DNA from: a virus
Lineage: Duplodnaviria; Caudoviricetes
Reading direction: 5' to 3' (one strand)
Virus record (IMG/VR): IMGVR_UViG_3300027780_000044
Span: 1 to 31,169 of that record
DNA length: 31,169 nucleotides
The notes under the pieces are model-generated. The model was given only the letters and a program-made list of their open reading frames with translations, was not told where the DNA came from and did not search any database. This document shows, piece after piece, positions 9,581 to 17,348 of the stretch. A program made the translations under genes and the position numbers. Each line of letters opens with the position of its first letter. Within the stretch, counting starts at the first letter, position 1.

Positions 9581-9611
9581 AGTAGGGTGTAGCATTTCTA
9601 CTACACCCACT
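9581..9611. other. intergenic stem-loop between gp32 and uvsX
   Basis: GGGTGTAG-N8-CTACACCC; no U-tract in the coding direction. Confidence 0.6.
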
Positions 9612-9621
9612 CAGTTTTTAA

Positions 9622-10593
9622 CTAGCCTTGGCGTGAACGGATCATTGCAAGAATGTCTTCCGCTTTGTTACCATCGCCTGCCGCTTCAGTTACCGCCGCT
9701 GGTGCTTGTGGCACTACCGGTGCAGTTGCTTGTGCTACTGCTGGTGCATGTTGAGACTGTGGACTCGGTGTAGTTGCTTTAACAGGATCGCCTGTTGCCG
9801 CTCTTACGCCTGCTGGTCTAAAGTATTGACCAAATGCTTCCAAGTCGTATGCTTCACCATCAACTGATGCTTCAAACATTTTCTTGATAACTTCAACTGC
9901 TACTGGGTCCGGCTTCTTCGGAAGGTAGTCGCTCATGTTATACAAGCCATTGTCTTCAATTGCCTTATACTCTGCTTCATCTAACGGACGCTCTCTACGA
10001 GACCAGTTTGATGTTGAGTAATCAGCATATCCGCCTTTGGATGTTTTAGCAATCCTAAAGTCTACACCTGCGGTATAGTCTGTCGGTAGCTCGTTCATAT
10101 CCGGATCCATTAATGCTCCCTTAATAATTTGGAAGATTTGTGGGCCAATTATAAAACGTCTGATTGGGTTTTCTGGAGTTGTATCCTCGCTAATACCGTT
10201 ATCAGTCACAAAGCCTTGGAATACGTATGAACGCTTCTTCCAATACTTTCGACCCATATCTTCTAGCTTTGGATCTTTGAACCAAGCACGTACTTCGGAA
10301 AGTACTGGACACGTATCACCATACATTTCCATACAAGGTACTTGTACCTGTACTGGACGAGAATCTGTCTCGCCTTTAATTCCAGCAAATGGAAGTTTGA
10401 TCATCAAACGTTCTTGCCAGAAAAATGTATTATTTTCGTCACCATCGGGTAAGAATCGGACAGTACTGTTCGTTCCTTCTTTCAAGTTCCAAAATGGGTA
10501 AATTGCGTTGTCGCCGCCGCTTGAGTTGTTTGAACCACCTGTGCGTGATTCCTGCTCTTTGAGTTTAGCTCTAATTTCTGCTAAAGTTGCCAT
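9622..10593 (-). CDS. gp32: gp32-like single-stranded DNA-binding protein
   Basis: VRFLPDG, CPV, YWKKRSY, GPQIF, GYADYSTSNW; GGAGG SD. Confidence 0.9.
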   Translation of the reverse strand: MATLAEIRAKLKEQESRTGGSNNSSGGDNAIYPFWNLKEGTNSTVRFLPDGDENNTFFWQERLMIKLPFAGIKGETDSRPVQVQVPCMEMYGDTCPVLSEVRAWFKDPKLEDMGRKYWKKRSYVFQGFVTDNGISEDTTPENPIRRFIIGPQIFQIIKGALMDPDMNELPTDYTAGVDFRIAKTSKGGYADYSTSNWSRRERPLDEAEYKAIEDNGLYNMSDYLPKKPDPVAVEVIKKMFEASVDGEAYDLEAFGQYFRPAGVRAATGDPVKATTPSPQSQHAPAVAQATAPVVPQAPAAVTEAAGDGNKAEDILAMIRSRQG

Positions 10594-10677
10594 AGTTATG
10601 CCTCCTATATGTTTTTAAGCCTATGTGCTTTTGTGTGGAATATTCCACTGTGCCTATTTGTGTAGTAGCACTATTAT

Positions 10678-10706
10678 AGTGTACTACAGATATTTAGTAA
10701 AGTCAA
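10678..10706 (-). promoter_or_regulatory. gp32 dual promoter: sigma70-type with a nested late box
   Basis: TTGACT-N17-TACACT with TAAATA (10691-10696) inside the spacer. Confidence 0.7.
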
Positions 10707-10732
10707 CCGTTGGGTTGCCAAAAAAGTGATTC

Positions 10733-12643
10733 TTAGTTATTAATGCCTGCTAACGATTTGATTCTTTCCATCTCGTTATCTTTTCCTGCCATTAGTCTGC
10801 CTATCATCTTCTCAGCTACTGGTACGCTGTTTTCACCAAATTCTTTTTCACAAGCAGTAATTACCGCTTGTTCGCCTTTTGGAAAGTTGTTAGTTGTGTA
10901 GTCATAATAACTCTTAACTAGCTCTTCTAACTTCTGTCCTGGTGTTCTATCATCACCTTCTTCGCCGTCCATATCGTCCGGAGTGTCAGGGTGCATCATC
11001 TGTCCTTTACTATTGATTTTGACATCCATAGTATCGTCGTCTTCGTATTTGTCAGCATCTTTTTGTAATGCCTTCTTACGTTTAATTATTTCAGCGGATA
11101 ATTCTGGATCTTTTGATGTCTCTGGATCCATTTGAAGATCTTGCAATGCTTTTTGTTTAGCATCGTAGTCATCTTTATCTACTGTCTTTGTATACTGTGA
11201 TTCTGTTTCAAGATCACCTGTATCAATTTTATTCATAACTGCTGGGTTTTTTCCTTTAAGATATTTCATTACAAGTGGTCTAACGCAAGTGTCTGCGTCT
11301 TTCTGGCCAACTTGTTTAAACATGTCAAGTAGCATCGGATCGTCTATAACGCCCTTCATGCTTTCGATAGCATTTGAGCCGTTGATACCAGCTGGAAAAT
11401 GCTGAGACATTAAGCCATTAATCTTTTTAACCGCGGCTTCTATTTGTCTCTCGTCGCCATCAATTAATGCATTGTCATTCTCTCCTACGATTGAATCCAT
11501 GTGTCTTTCAAATTCCATTTCTGGAGTTTGTACTTCTGCTTCGGCAGTTGCCTGTGCTTCGCCTGTGCCTTGACAATCATTACAGTCTTTATCACCATGT
11601 TTGCCTGTTCCATCACAATGAGCACAATCCATATCACGCCCGCCACCTTCGCCTAGTAACTCTTCTGGCGATAATTCTTTTGCTGTTGTTACTTCACTTA
11701 CTAGTCTATATACGTAAGGGAATACATCTTTTAATTCTTCGTTAAATGTTCTAATAGTTAATTGATCAATCCAATTTTCTGCAACATCTTCTGGAACATT
11801 TTCATTTACTACAGGAGCAAAGGTTGCAAATGTTTCTGTATAATATGCTTTGCGTTGTAGCTTTAGTACTTCTGTTTTGATGTTTTCTAATCTTACATCT
11901 ACTGCTTCCATGTAACCTTTTAAGCCTTCTGCCATTACGCTTGAACGGTTCATGTAAGTTTTAAATTTACGTAGCTTGTTTAACTCTGTTGACATTTCAA
12001 CAATGTGCTTACCAAAATCATCATACAAGTTTCCACCTTCACTTACGTGTCGGGCCATTGCTCTTGCACCGTTTAAGTGTCTGAATGGATATTTAAATCT
12101 TTCGCCATCAGCACTTTCAATATACATGCTGTGTACGTTTTGTGTTCTTGATCCAGCAACTTCTTGGTTGACTGGCTTTGTATGTTTTAGTACTAAACGA
12201 GCAGTATCAATGTTTTCGAAACTTGTTCTGCTTGTGCCGTACATATTTGATTCACTCATTTGGGTTTCTCCGGCAGTTCTTGTTAAGTGTGCATAATCTC
12301 TTTTGTCGAGGTTGCTTTTTGTAATATCTCTTGTGTCAAAGTTTAACATGTGTTTTTTTGCAAAAATACGGATCTCTTTTAAAAAATTATACCAATTATT
12401 TTTTTCACTTTCCCCTGCTTCTGCCATAAAGTCTTGATTGTATAGAACTACCACACCGTCTTCGTCTAGTGTAATACTTACCTTACCTAATACTTCTTGT
12501 CCTTCTTTATAATCGAAGTCAAAGTACTTTGCAAGTTTTGGGTCATCAGTTACTGTGCCCTGTCCGTCACCAATTGTGACTGAAGGGAAACGCCCTCTAA
12601 TCTTAGCGAATAATTTTTCTGATACTGGTTCTAAGTTGTTCAT
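10733..12643 (-). CDS. acidic 636-aa hypothetical protein, probable head/internal protein
   Basis: Late box upstream; next to terminase; CxxCxGxG twice; C-terminal ERIKSLAGI. Confidence 0.6.
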   Translation of the reverse strand: MNNLEPVSEKLFAKIRGRFPSVTIGDGQGTVTDDPKLAKYFDFDYKEGQEVLGKVSITLDEDGVVVLYNQDFMAEAGESEKNNWYNFLKEIRIFAKKHMLNFDTRDITKSNLDKRDYAHLTRTAGETQMSESNMYGTSRTSFENIDTARLVLKHTKPVNQEVAGSRTQNVHSMYIESADGERFKYPFRHLNGARAMARHVSEGGNLYDDFGKHIVEMSTELNKLRKFKTYMNRSSVMAEGLKGYMEAVDVRLENIKTEVLKLQRKAYYTETFATFAPVVNENVPEDVAENWIDQLTIRTFNEELKDVFPYVYRLVSEVTTAKELSPEELLGEGGGRDMDCAHCDGTGKHGDKDCNDCQGTGEAQATAEAEVQTPEMEFERHMDSIVGENDNALIDGDERQIEAAVKKINGLMSQHFPAGINGSNAIESMKGVIDDPMLLDMFKQVGQKDADTCVRPLVMKYLKGKNPAVMNKIDTGDLETESQYTKTVDKDDYDAKQKALQDLQMDPETSKDPELSAEIIKRKKALQKDADKYEDDDTMDVKINSKGQMMHPDTPDDMDGEEGDDRTPGQKLEELVKSYYDYTTNNFPKGEQAVITACEKEFGENSVPVAEKMIGRLMAGKDNEMERIKSLAGINN

Positions 12644-12648
12644 GTTAA

Positions 12649-12656
12649 TATTTATC
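12649..12656 (-). promoter_or_regulatory. late-promoter-like box
   Basis: GATAAATA-TTAAC-ATG, overlapping the gp17 stop. Confidence 0.65.
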
Positions 12657-14241
12657 TCATATTAGTTGAAACGAAGATAGGCATGGGCGGTTCGTAATCT
12701 TCGGATGATTCTGCCTGGTTAAATGTTTCATAAATGCGTGGATCCCAGTCTTTTAGTACTGCGATTACACGCATTGCTAGTAGAGTAGCACTTACTAAGT
12801 CGTCTGTTTCACCCGGTTTTGCTTTAAAACTACTGCCACTAGCTACAAAGCCTTTAAGTTCTGTTATTAATACTTTACTATTTACTTCTAGTTTATCTGT
12901 TTCTATCATAGTTTTTAATCGACTACATGCACTAATCTTAGTACTGTGTGTAGTGTTAAACCCTTTGCGGAACTTACGCACATGGCCTTTACGCATTGGC
13001 TCACTGGTAAGTAACCCTGGTATGTTCTCTTCTCCAAGATCTCTAATAACAATTAATGCACCTTCTCCGATGCTGTTGTTTTCAACGCTCCAATAAATAT
13101 TTTGCCCGTTGGAATTACACTCTTGTTTAATATATTCGCAGATGTCTTTTAAAACTCTAATCTGACCTGGTATAGCTGTTTGATTATGTCGCCACTCTGC
13201 TACTTGTTTATAAGTAGGTACTTCAAATACTTGTATAGCCGCATAATCGCCACCAGTACCCATACTAGGATCAAGTGAAACAACATAGCTATTATCGCCT
13301 GTTGGCTTCTTGTACCAACGTGTTTGTCCCATATTTAATATAGGTTCTTTACCTTCTAGCGTAGCAAGTTTAATTGAGTTAATTAATGTTTCATCGTAAA
13401 TTAAGAATTCACAGCCGTACTCACGTCTAAACTTCTCTTCACCAATACGACCAATTTCATTCTTCTTCCATTCTTCATCTCTATCAGGATGTTCATCCCA
13501 ACTACATGTAAAACCAAAGAATCCGTTTTCACCTAGTATTGCTTCATTACCATGTTCGTCAAACTTCTTTTGGCTTTCTTTCCAAATAATAGCAAAGGTA
13601 TCTTCATCACTGTTTGGTGTACTTGTAATAATAGCACGACCACCTGTTGCTAGTGTAGGAGATATAGAAGTCCAAAATTCAGTAGCAATGTTTGGGTTTA
13701 CAAACGCAAACTCGTCACAGTATAGTAATGATATGGACATACCACGTCCTGTGTTACCTGTTGTAGTAGCACTAACAATACGTGATCCGTTTTCAAATTC
13801 CATGCTACCTTTGTTGTAGTTAGTAACACCTGCTCTAATATGATCTGGACACATTTCATACACGTATCTAATACGTTGCATAATTTCTTGAGCGCCTGTG
13901 TACTTGTGTGCGGCAATTAGAATAGTTTGGTCTGGATGAAACATAGCATACCAACACAAATAAATTGCGGCAGTAGTAGTCTTACCAGTTTGTCTAGGTA
14001 ACATATTAATGTTAAAACGATAGTCGTGATAACTTTGAAGCAACCGTACTTGATAACTAAACGGATCAAATAATAGTTTGCCTTTTACTGGATGCTGAAT
14101 GAACGCAAATTGCTTTGCAAAGTACAAGTATCCGTCTTTAGGATCCATGCATTTACGTAACGACTCAATGTGTTCTTCGGTATATGTATCTCTTGTGTGT
14201 GCCTTTTTGGTTAAGACACCGTCTAAGCTCTTTGTTGCCAT
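12652..14241 (-). CDS. gp17: terminase large subunit (T4 gp17-like)
   Basis: PRQTGKTT Walker A, LLYCDEFAF Walker B, ITSTPN, SLDPSMGTGGDY and DDLV nuclease motifs. Confidence 0.97.
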   Translation of the reverse strand: MATKSLDGVLTKKAHTRDTYTEEHIESLRKCMDPKDGYLYFAKQFAFIQHPVKGKLLFDPFSYQVRLLQSYHDYRFNINMLPRQTGKTTTAAIYLCWYAMFHPDQTILIAAHKYTGAQEIMQRIRYVYEMCPDHIRAGVTNYNKGSMEFENGSRIVSATTTGNTGRGMSISLLYCDEFAFVNPNIATEFWTSISPTLATGGRAIITSTPNSDEDTFAIIWKESQKKFDEHGNEAILGENGFFGFTCSWDEHPDRDEEWKKNEIGRIGEEKFRREYGCEFLIYDETLINSIKLATLEGKEPILNMGQTRWYKKPTGDNSYVVSLDPSMGTGGDYAAIQVFEVPTYKQVAEWRHNQTAIPGQIRVLKDICEYIKQECNSNGQNIYWSVENNSIGEGALIVIRDLGEENIPGLLTSEPMRKGHVRKFRKGFNTTHSTKISACSRLKTMIETDKLEVNSKVLITELKGFVASGSSFKAKPGETDDLVSATLLAMRVIAVLKDWDPRIYETFNQAESSEDYEPPMPIFVSTNMR

Positions 14242-14246
14242 ACTAC

Positions 14247-14252
14247 TATTTA
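14247..14252 (-). promoter_or_regulatory. late-promoter-like box for gp17
   Basis: TAAATA-GTAGT-ATG. Confidence 0.65.
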
Positions 14253-14255
14253 CTC

Positions 14256-14282
14256 AAAAAAATACCCGCCGAAGCAGGTATT
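14256..14282 (-). terminator. intrinsic terminator with C(UUCG)G tetraloop
   Basis: AATACCTGC-TTCG-GCGGGTATT followed by a T-run. Confidence 0.9.
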
Positions 14283-14318
14283 GAGTTTACTCTTGTGACG
14301 TTTTATTATTATTTGCTA

Positions 14319-14672
14319 TTAAGCAGTAGTTAAGCTAGTTGATAGCGTAACATCAGTACCTGTAACATCAATGTTGTTAGGTCCTACTGCTGTTCCAAGT
14401 GCTCTAATACGTGCTTGAATGTCTGCCGCTGAACTGTTACCGTCCATGATAACACAAATTTCACCTGATGCATCATTCTTTACAAAGTACATTAACGGGC
14501 TAATTTCCTTCATAATCATTTCTGCCGCTTCATCAACAGCATCATCTTCAGCTCTTAAATCAACATCTGTATTACCAGCAACTTGTACTGTAATTAAATA
14601 TGCTTTTACGTTGTGTGAGTATAGTGTTCCTGCTGTAACGCCTAACCCTACTACTCTTGTTACTCCAGCCAT
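14319..14672 (-). CDS. small putative virion protein, 117 aa
   Basis: AAGGAG SD, Ala/Thr/Val-rich, followed by a terminator. Confidence 0.6.
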   Translation of the reverse strand: MAGVTRVVGLGVTAGTLYSHNVKAYLITVQVAGNTDVDLRAEDDAVDEAAEMIMKEISPLMYFVKNDASGEICVIMDGNSSAADIQARIRALGTAVGPNNIDVTGTDVTLSTSLTTA

Positions 14673-14682
14673 CTATATCTCC

Positions 14683-15372
14683 TTAGTGATTACCGCAACT
14701 ACTTGCGTATAGTTTTTCAAACTTTTCTTTTCCGCAACCAAATTTAGAATCTACTTTTTTAAGCATTTCATTTTTTGAACATCCACTTGCGTCAAGTCGT
14801 TTCATTTCTTTTTTACAGCCAGCTTCGTCGAAACTATCTGTTGCTTCGCCAAACTTTTCAGCAAACTTAGCTTTTAATTCTTCTCTAATTTTATCTTCTA
14901 GTGCCATTGGATTATCTCCGCCTGCTACTTTTGGATAAGATTTCTTAGGACCGTTTAGTCCTCCTGACAAATCCTTTGTCATGTACTTTGTGTCTTGGTA
15001 TTTCTCATCTGGACTATTTGAATAGTCTGACTCATCTTCTCCACATGGCTCATCTGGCATTGGAAGTTTCTTTGGCATATCCGCCATGTCACCTTTTGGC
15101 ATGTCGTCCATGTCTGGTCTGTCTAGTCCTTTGATAGCCGCCATTGACTTCTCAATGTCACCACGCATACCTAAGTCTGGTCCCATATCTTCTGGCTCTG
15201 GTTTAAAACCGTAGCCCATGTCGCCTGTTGGAGCAATTGGATTAATATCTTTATCACCTAATACTTTAAATAGTTCACCTACTTCTTGTGGACTATCACC
15301 TGTTAGTGAAATGTTCATTGATGCCGCTTCGTTAAGTGCGTCAATTGATTTATAAATGTCTTCTAGTTTCAT
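14683..15372 (-). CDS. acidic low-complexity protein, putative internal head protein
   Basis: GGAG SD before MKLEDIY (15372); D/P/M-rich; Cys-containing C-terminal module. Confidence 0.6.
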   Translation of the reverse strand: MKLEDIYKSIDALNEAASMNISLTGDSPQEVGELFKVLGDKDINPIAPTGDMGYGFKPEPEDMGPDLGMRGDIEKSMAAIKGLDRPDMDDMPKGDMADMPKKLPMPDEPCGEDESDYSNSPDEKYQDTKYMTKDLSGGLNGPKKSYPKVAGGDNPMALEDKIREELKAKFAEKFGEATDSFDEAGCKKEMKRLDASGCSKNEMLKKVDSKFGCGKEKFEKLYASSCGNH

Positions 15373-15373
15373 G

Positions 15374-15946
15374 TTATTTGCTCCCAATTGGACTAGTGGT
15401 TTCGGGCATTCCCATGTCCTTAATTTGATCTTTGTTTGCTATAGTATCAATAGCACCAATTGGGCTATTCTCTCTTTCACTACGTGCTTTTTCTAGTTCT
15501 GCTAGTAAGCCCATAATTCTTTCTCCGCCGACTTCTGCGTGTACTTGTGGATCCGATTCTGGTAAGTCGCCACCCAAATTTGGCTCATATATTTTATTGT
15601 ATTCTGTATCTTGATATTGCTCTTGTGGTGCACCTTCAGTTCTTACAATAATATATGCTTCATCAATTGCACATGTTTGTGAAAGGTATTGTGCAACTAC
15701 TGGAGGAATAGTAGGGTAAGCTAATTCTACATCGTAGTAGGTAACTTCCATGTTTTGTAACTGTGGAAAATCTAATGGACGTTCAACAATAGGAGTTTTC
15801 TTTCCTGCTGTCATGTTCATAACACCAAACTTCTGTAGTGCAGTTTCCATAGTATCTACACAACCTTCTGGTAGATCCCCGGCTAAGCCGATTTTAAATT
15901 TGTATGTTTTCTTTGACTCAGTCAAATATTCTGCAAAAGTTTTCAT
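15374..15946 (-). CDS. hypothetical protein with capsid-targeting-like N-terminus
   Basis: AAGGGA SD before MKTFAEYLTE (15946); late box at 15965-15970. Confidence 0.65.
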   Translation of the reverse strand: MKTFAEYLTESKKTYKFKIGLAGDLPEGCVDTMETALQKFGVMNMTAGKKTPIVERPLDFPQLQNMEVTYYDVELAYPTIPPVVAQYLSQTCAIDEAYIIVRTEGAPQEQYQDTEYNKIYEPNLGGDLPESDPQVHAEVGGERIMGLLAELEKARSERENSPIGAIDTIANKDQIKDMGMPETTSPIGSK

Positions 15947-15963
15947 ATCATTTCCCTTATACA

Positions 15964-16452
15964 TTATTTATCCATGTTCTTCAATTTTTCAAGCAAACTA
16001 TTACGGTCAGTTACTACGTAACCTTCGCCATTAACTAGTCCAGAGTCTTCATATCCACTGTCCTTGTCCATTTTTTCTTTTTTAAGTTGAAGATCAATCA
16101 TTTTTAATTTTTTATCTAGTTTCGCAACTTTGGCATCGAGAGCCGTTTTAAGCATTCCTCCAGCCACTTCAAATACTCTGCCACTATACCTTGCCTCCAC
16201 GTTCATGCCCAAGTCCATAAGATCATCGTATGCACTAGTAGCCTTCATTGCAATGTCGTTAAGCTCTTGATCTGCTAACTCGCCCAAGCCTTTTACAGCT
16301 GGCAATGCCGCAGTAATTTTATCCAATTCTGAAATAGTTCTAAAGTCTTCTTGTGGGCTAGACTTAACTACTTCGTTAGATTTTTGTTGCTCTGCCTTAA
16401 TAATCTCTTGACTATCTGGTAAATTGAGTAACTCTTCTAATTTTTTAGTCAT
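15964..16452 (-). CDS. probable terminase small subunit (gp16-like)
   Basis: Helical 162 aa with GRVFEVAGGMLK resembling the gp16 R-x-F/Y-EV motif; C-terminal VVTDRNSLLEKL; late box at 16479-16484. Confidence 0.6.
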   Translation of the reverse strand: MTKKLEELLNLPDSQEIIKAEQQKSNEVVKSSPQEDFRTISELDKITAALPAVKGLGELADQELNDIAMKATSAYDDLMDLGMNVEARYSGRVFEVAGGMLKTALDAKVAKLDKKLKMIDLQLKKEKMDKDSGYEDSGLVNGEGYVVTDRNSLLEKLKNMDK

Positions 16453-16486
16453 TGCTGTTATCCATTATATGCTACTATTATTTATC

Positions 16487-16924
16487 CTATTTCCTCTTGC
16501 CCTGATGGAAAATGTCTTTTTCGGTAATAACTCTAAAGAAAATTCGTTTTTGTTTACACCATGCTCTAGCGGCTTCCCACTTAGCTATATTTTGGATATA
16601 CTGTGCTTGACGCCATTTATCACGGCCAACATTTTCTTTTACTGTTTGGTTGTCAGGTTTAACTTCAATAAGTTCTACATGAGGTTTACCATTTCTATCA
16701 GCATATTCTATTAAAAAATCTGGTACGTAAACTGTGTGCTTACCAGTTAATGGATTCTTATATGGTATCTTAACACTTTCACTTGCCCACTTAGTTACCG
16801 CAGGACTCTCATCGCAGAATTTCATAAATGCAAATTCCCAACTTGATCGATAAAGAGGAGTTTTGTTACCTAAGTATTTTTCTGGATATTTTAATGTAAA
16901 GCGGCCTTGAGCAAACTTACCCAT
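16487..16924 (-). CDS. gp4: head completion nuclease (T4 gp4-like, TnsA-N fold)
   Basis: PEKYLG, YRSSWE, WASE, IPY, YVPDF, IEVKP, AKWEAA, ITEKD. Confidence 0.88.
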   Translation of the reverse strand: MGKFAQGRFTLKYPEKYLGNKTPLYRSSWEFAFMKFCDESPAVTKWASESVKIPYKNPLTGKHTVYVPDFLIEYADRNGKPHVELIEVKPDNQTVKENVGRDKWRQAQYIQNIAKWEAARAWCKQKRIFFRVITEKDIFHQGKRK

Positions 16925-16928
16925 AGAA

Positions 16929-17339
16929 CTATACCACTATGTTTCTAGTTTCTAATTTATTAGTTGCTTGATCAACTTTGTAACCTAGAGTACTAATTTT
17001 TGATCTGTTGTAGTTTAGAATCTCTGTAATAACCGTGCTTAGTTGTACATCGTCAAATCCACCTAGTGTATCTAACAATTCAAATATTTTTACATCGTCC
17101 ATCTTTGCTTGTTGCATAACGATAGTTGCAATACTATTTGCACTTATTTCATCAAAGCCTCGTTTAGCAAAGAACGCAACAGTAGCGTCAACTTCATTAC
17201 TAGCAAACTCAAACGGTTCTGTGTAGTACTGATTAAAAAACTGTTTTACCTTAGTAGCACTATCGCCACCAGCGGCAGGTAAGTTACCGTATAAGTTTGT
17301 CGGTGTACTTAACTTGTCAGTTGATGTATTGTCGCCCAT
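16929..17339 (-). CDS. hypothetical protein, 136 aa
   Basis: AAGGA SD; tightly packed in the structural operon. Confidence 0.75.
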   Translation of the reverse strand: MGDNTSTDKLSTPTNLYGNLPAAGGDSATKVKQFFNQYYTEPFEFASNEVDATVAFFAKRGFDEISANSIATIVMQQAKMDDVKIFELLDTLGGFDDVQLSTVITEILNYNRSKISTLGYKVDQATNKLETRNIVV

Positions 17340-17348
17340 ATTATTCCT

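Noticed and set aside
10672-10706. TTGACT...TATAAT as the gp32 promoter pair
   Set aside because: Spacer would be 22 nt; TACACT at 17 nt is the better -10
16487-16924. TnsA-like nuclease as a sign of a Tn7-type transposon
   Set aside because: Matches T4 gp4 head completion protein; no tnsB/tnsC or terminal repeats nearby
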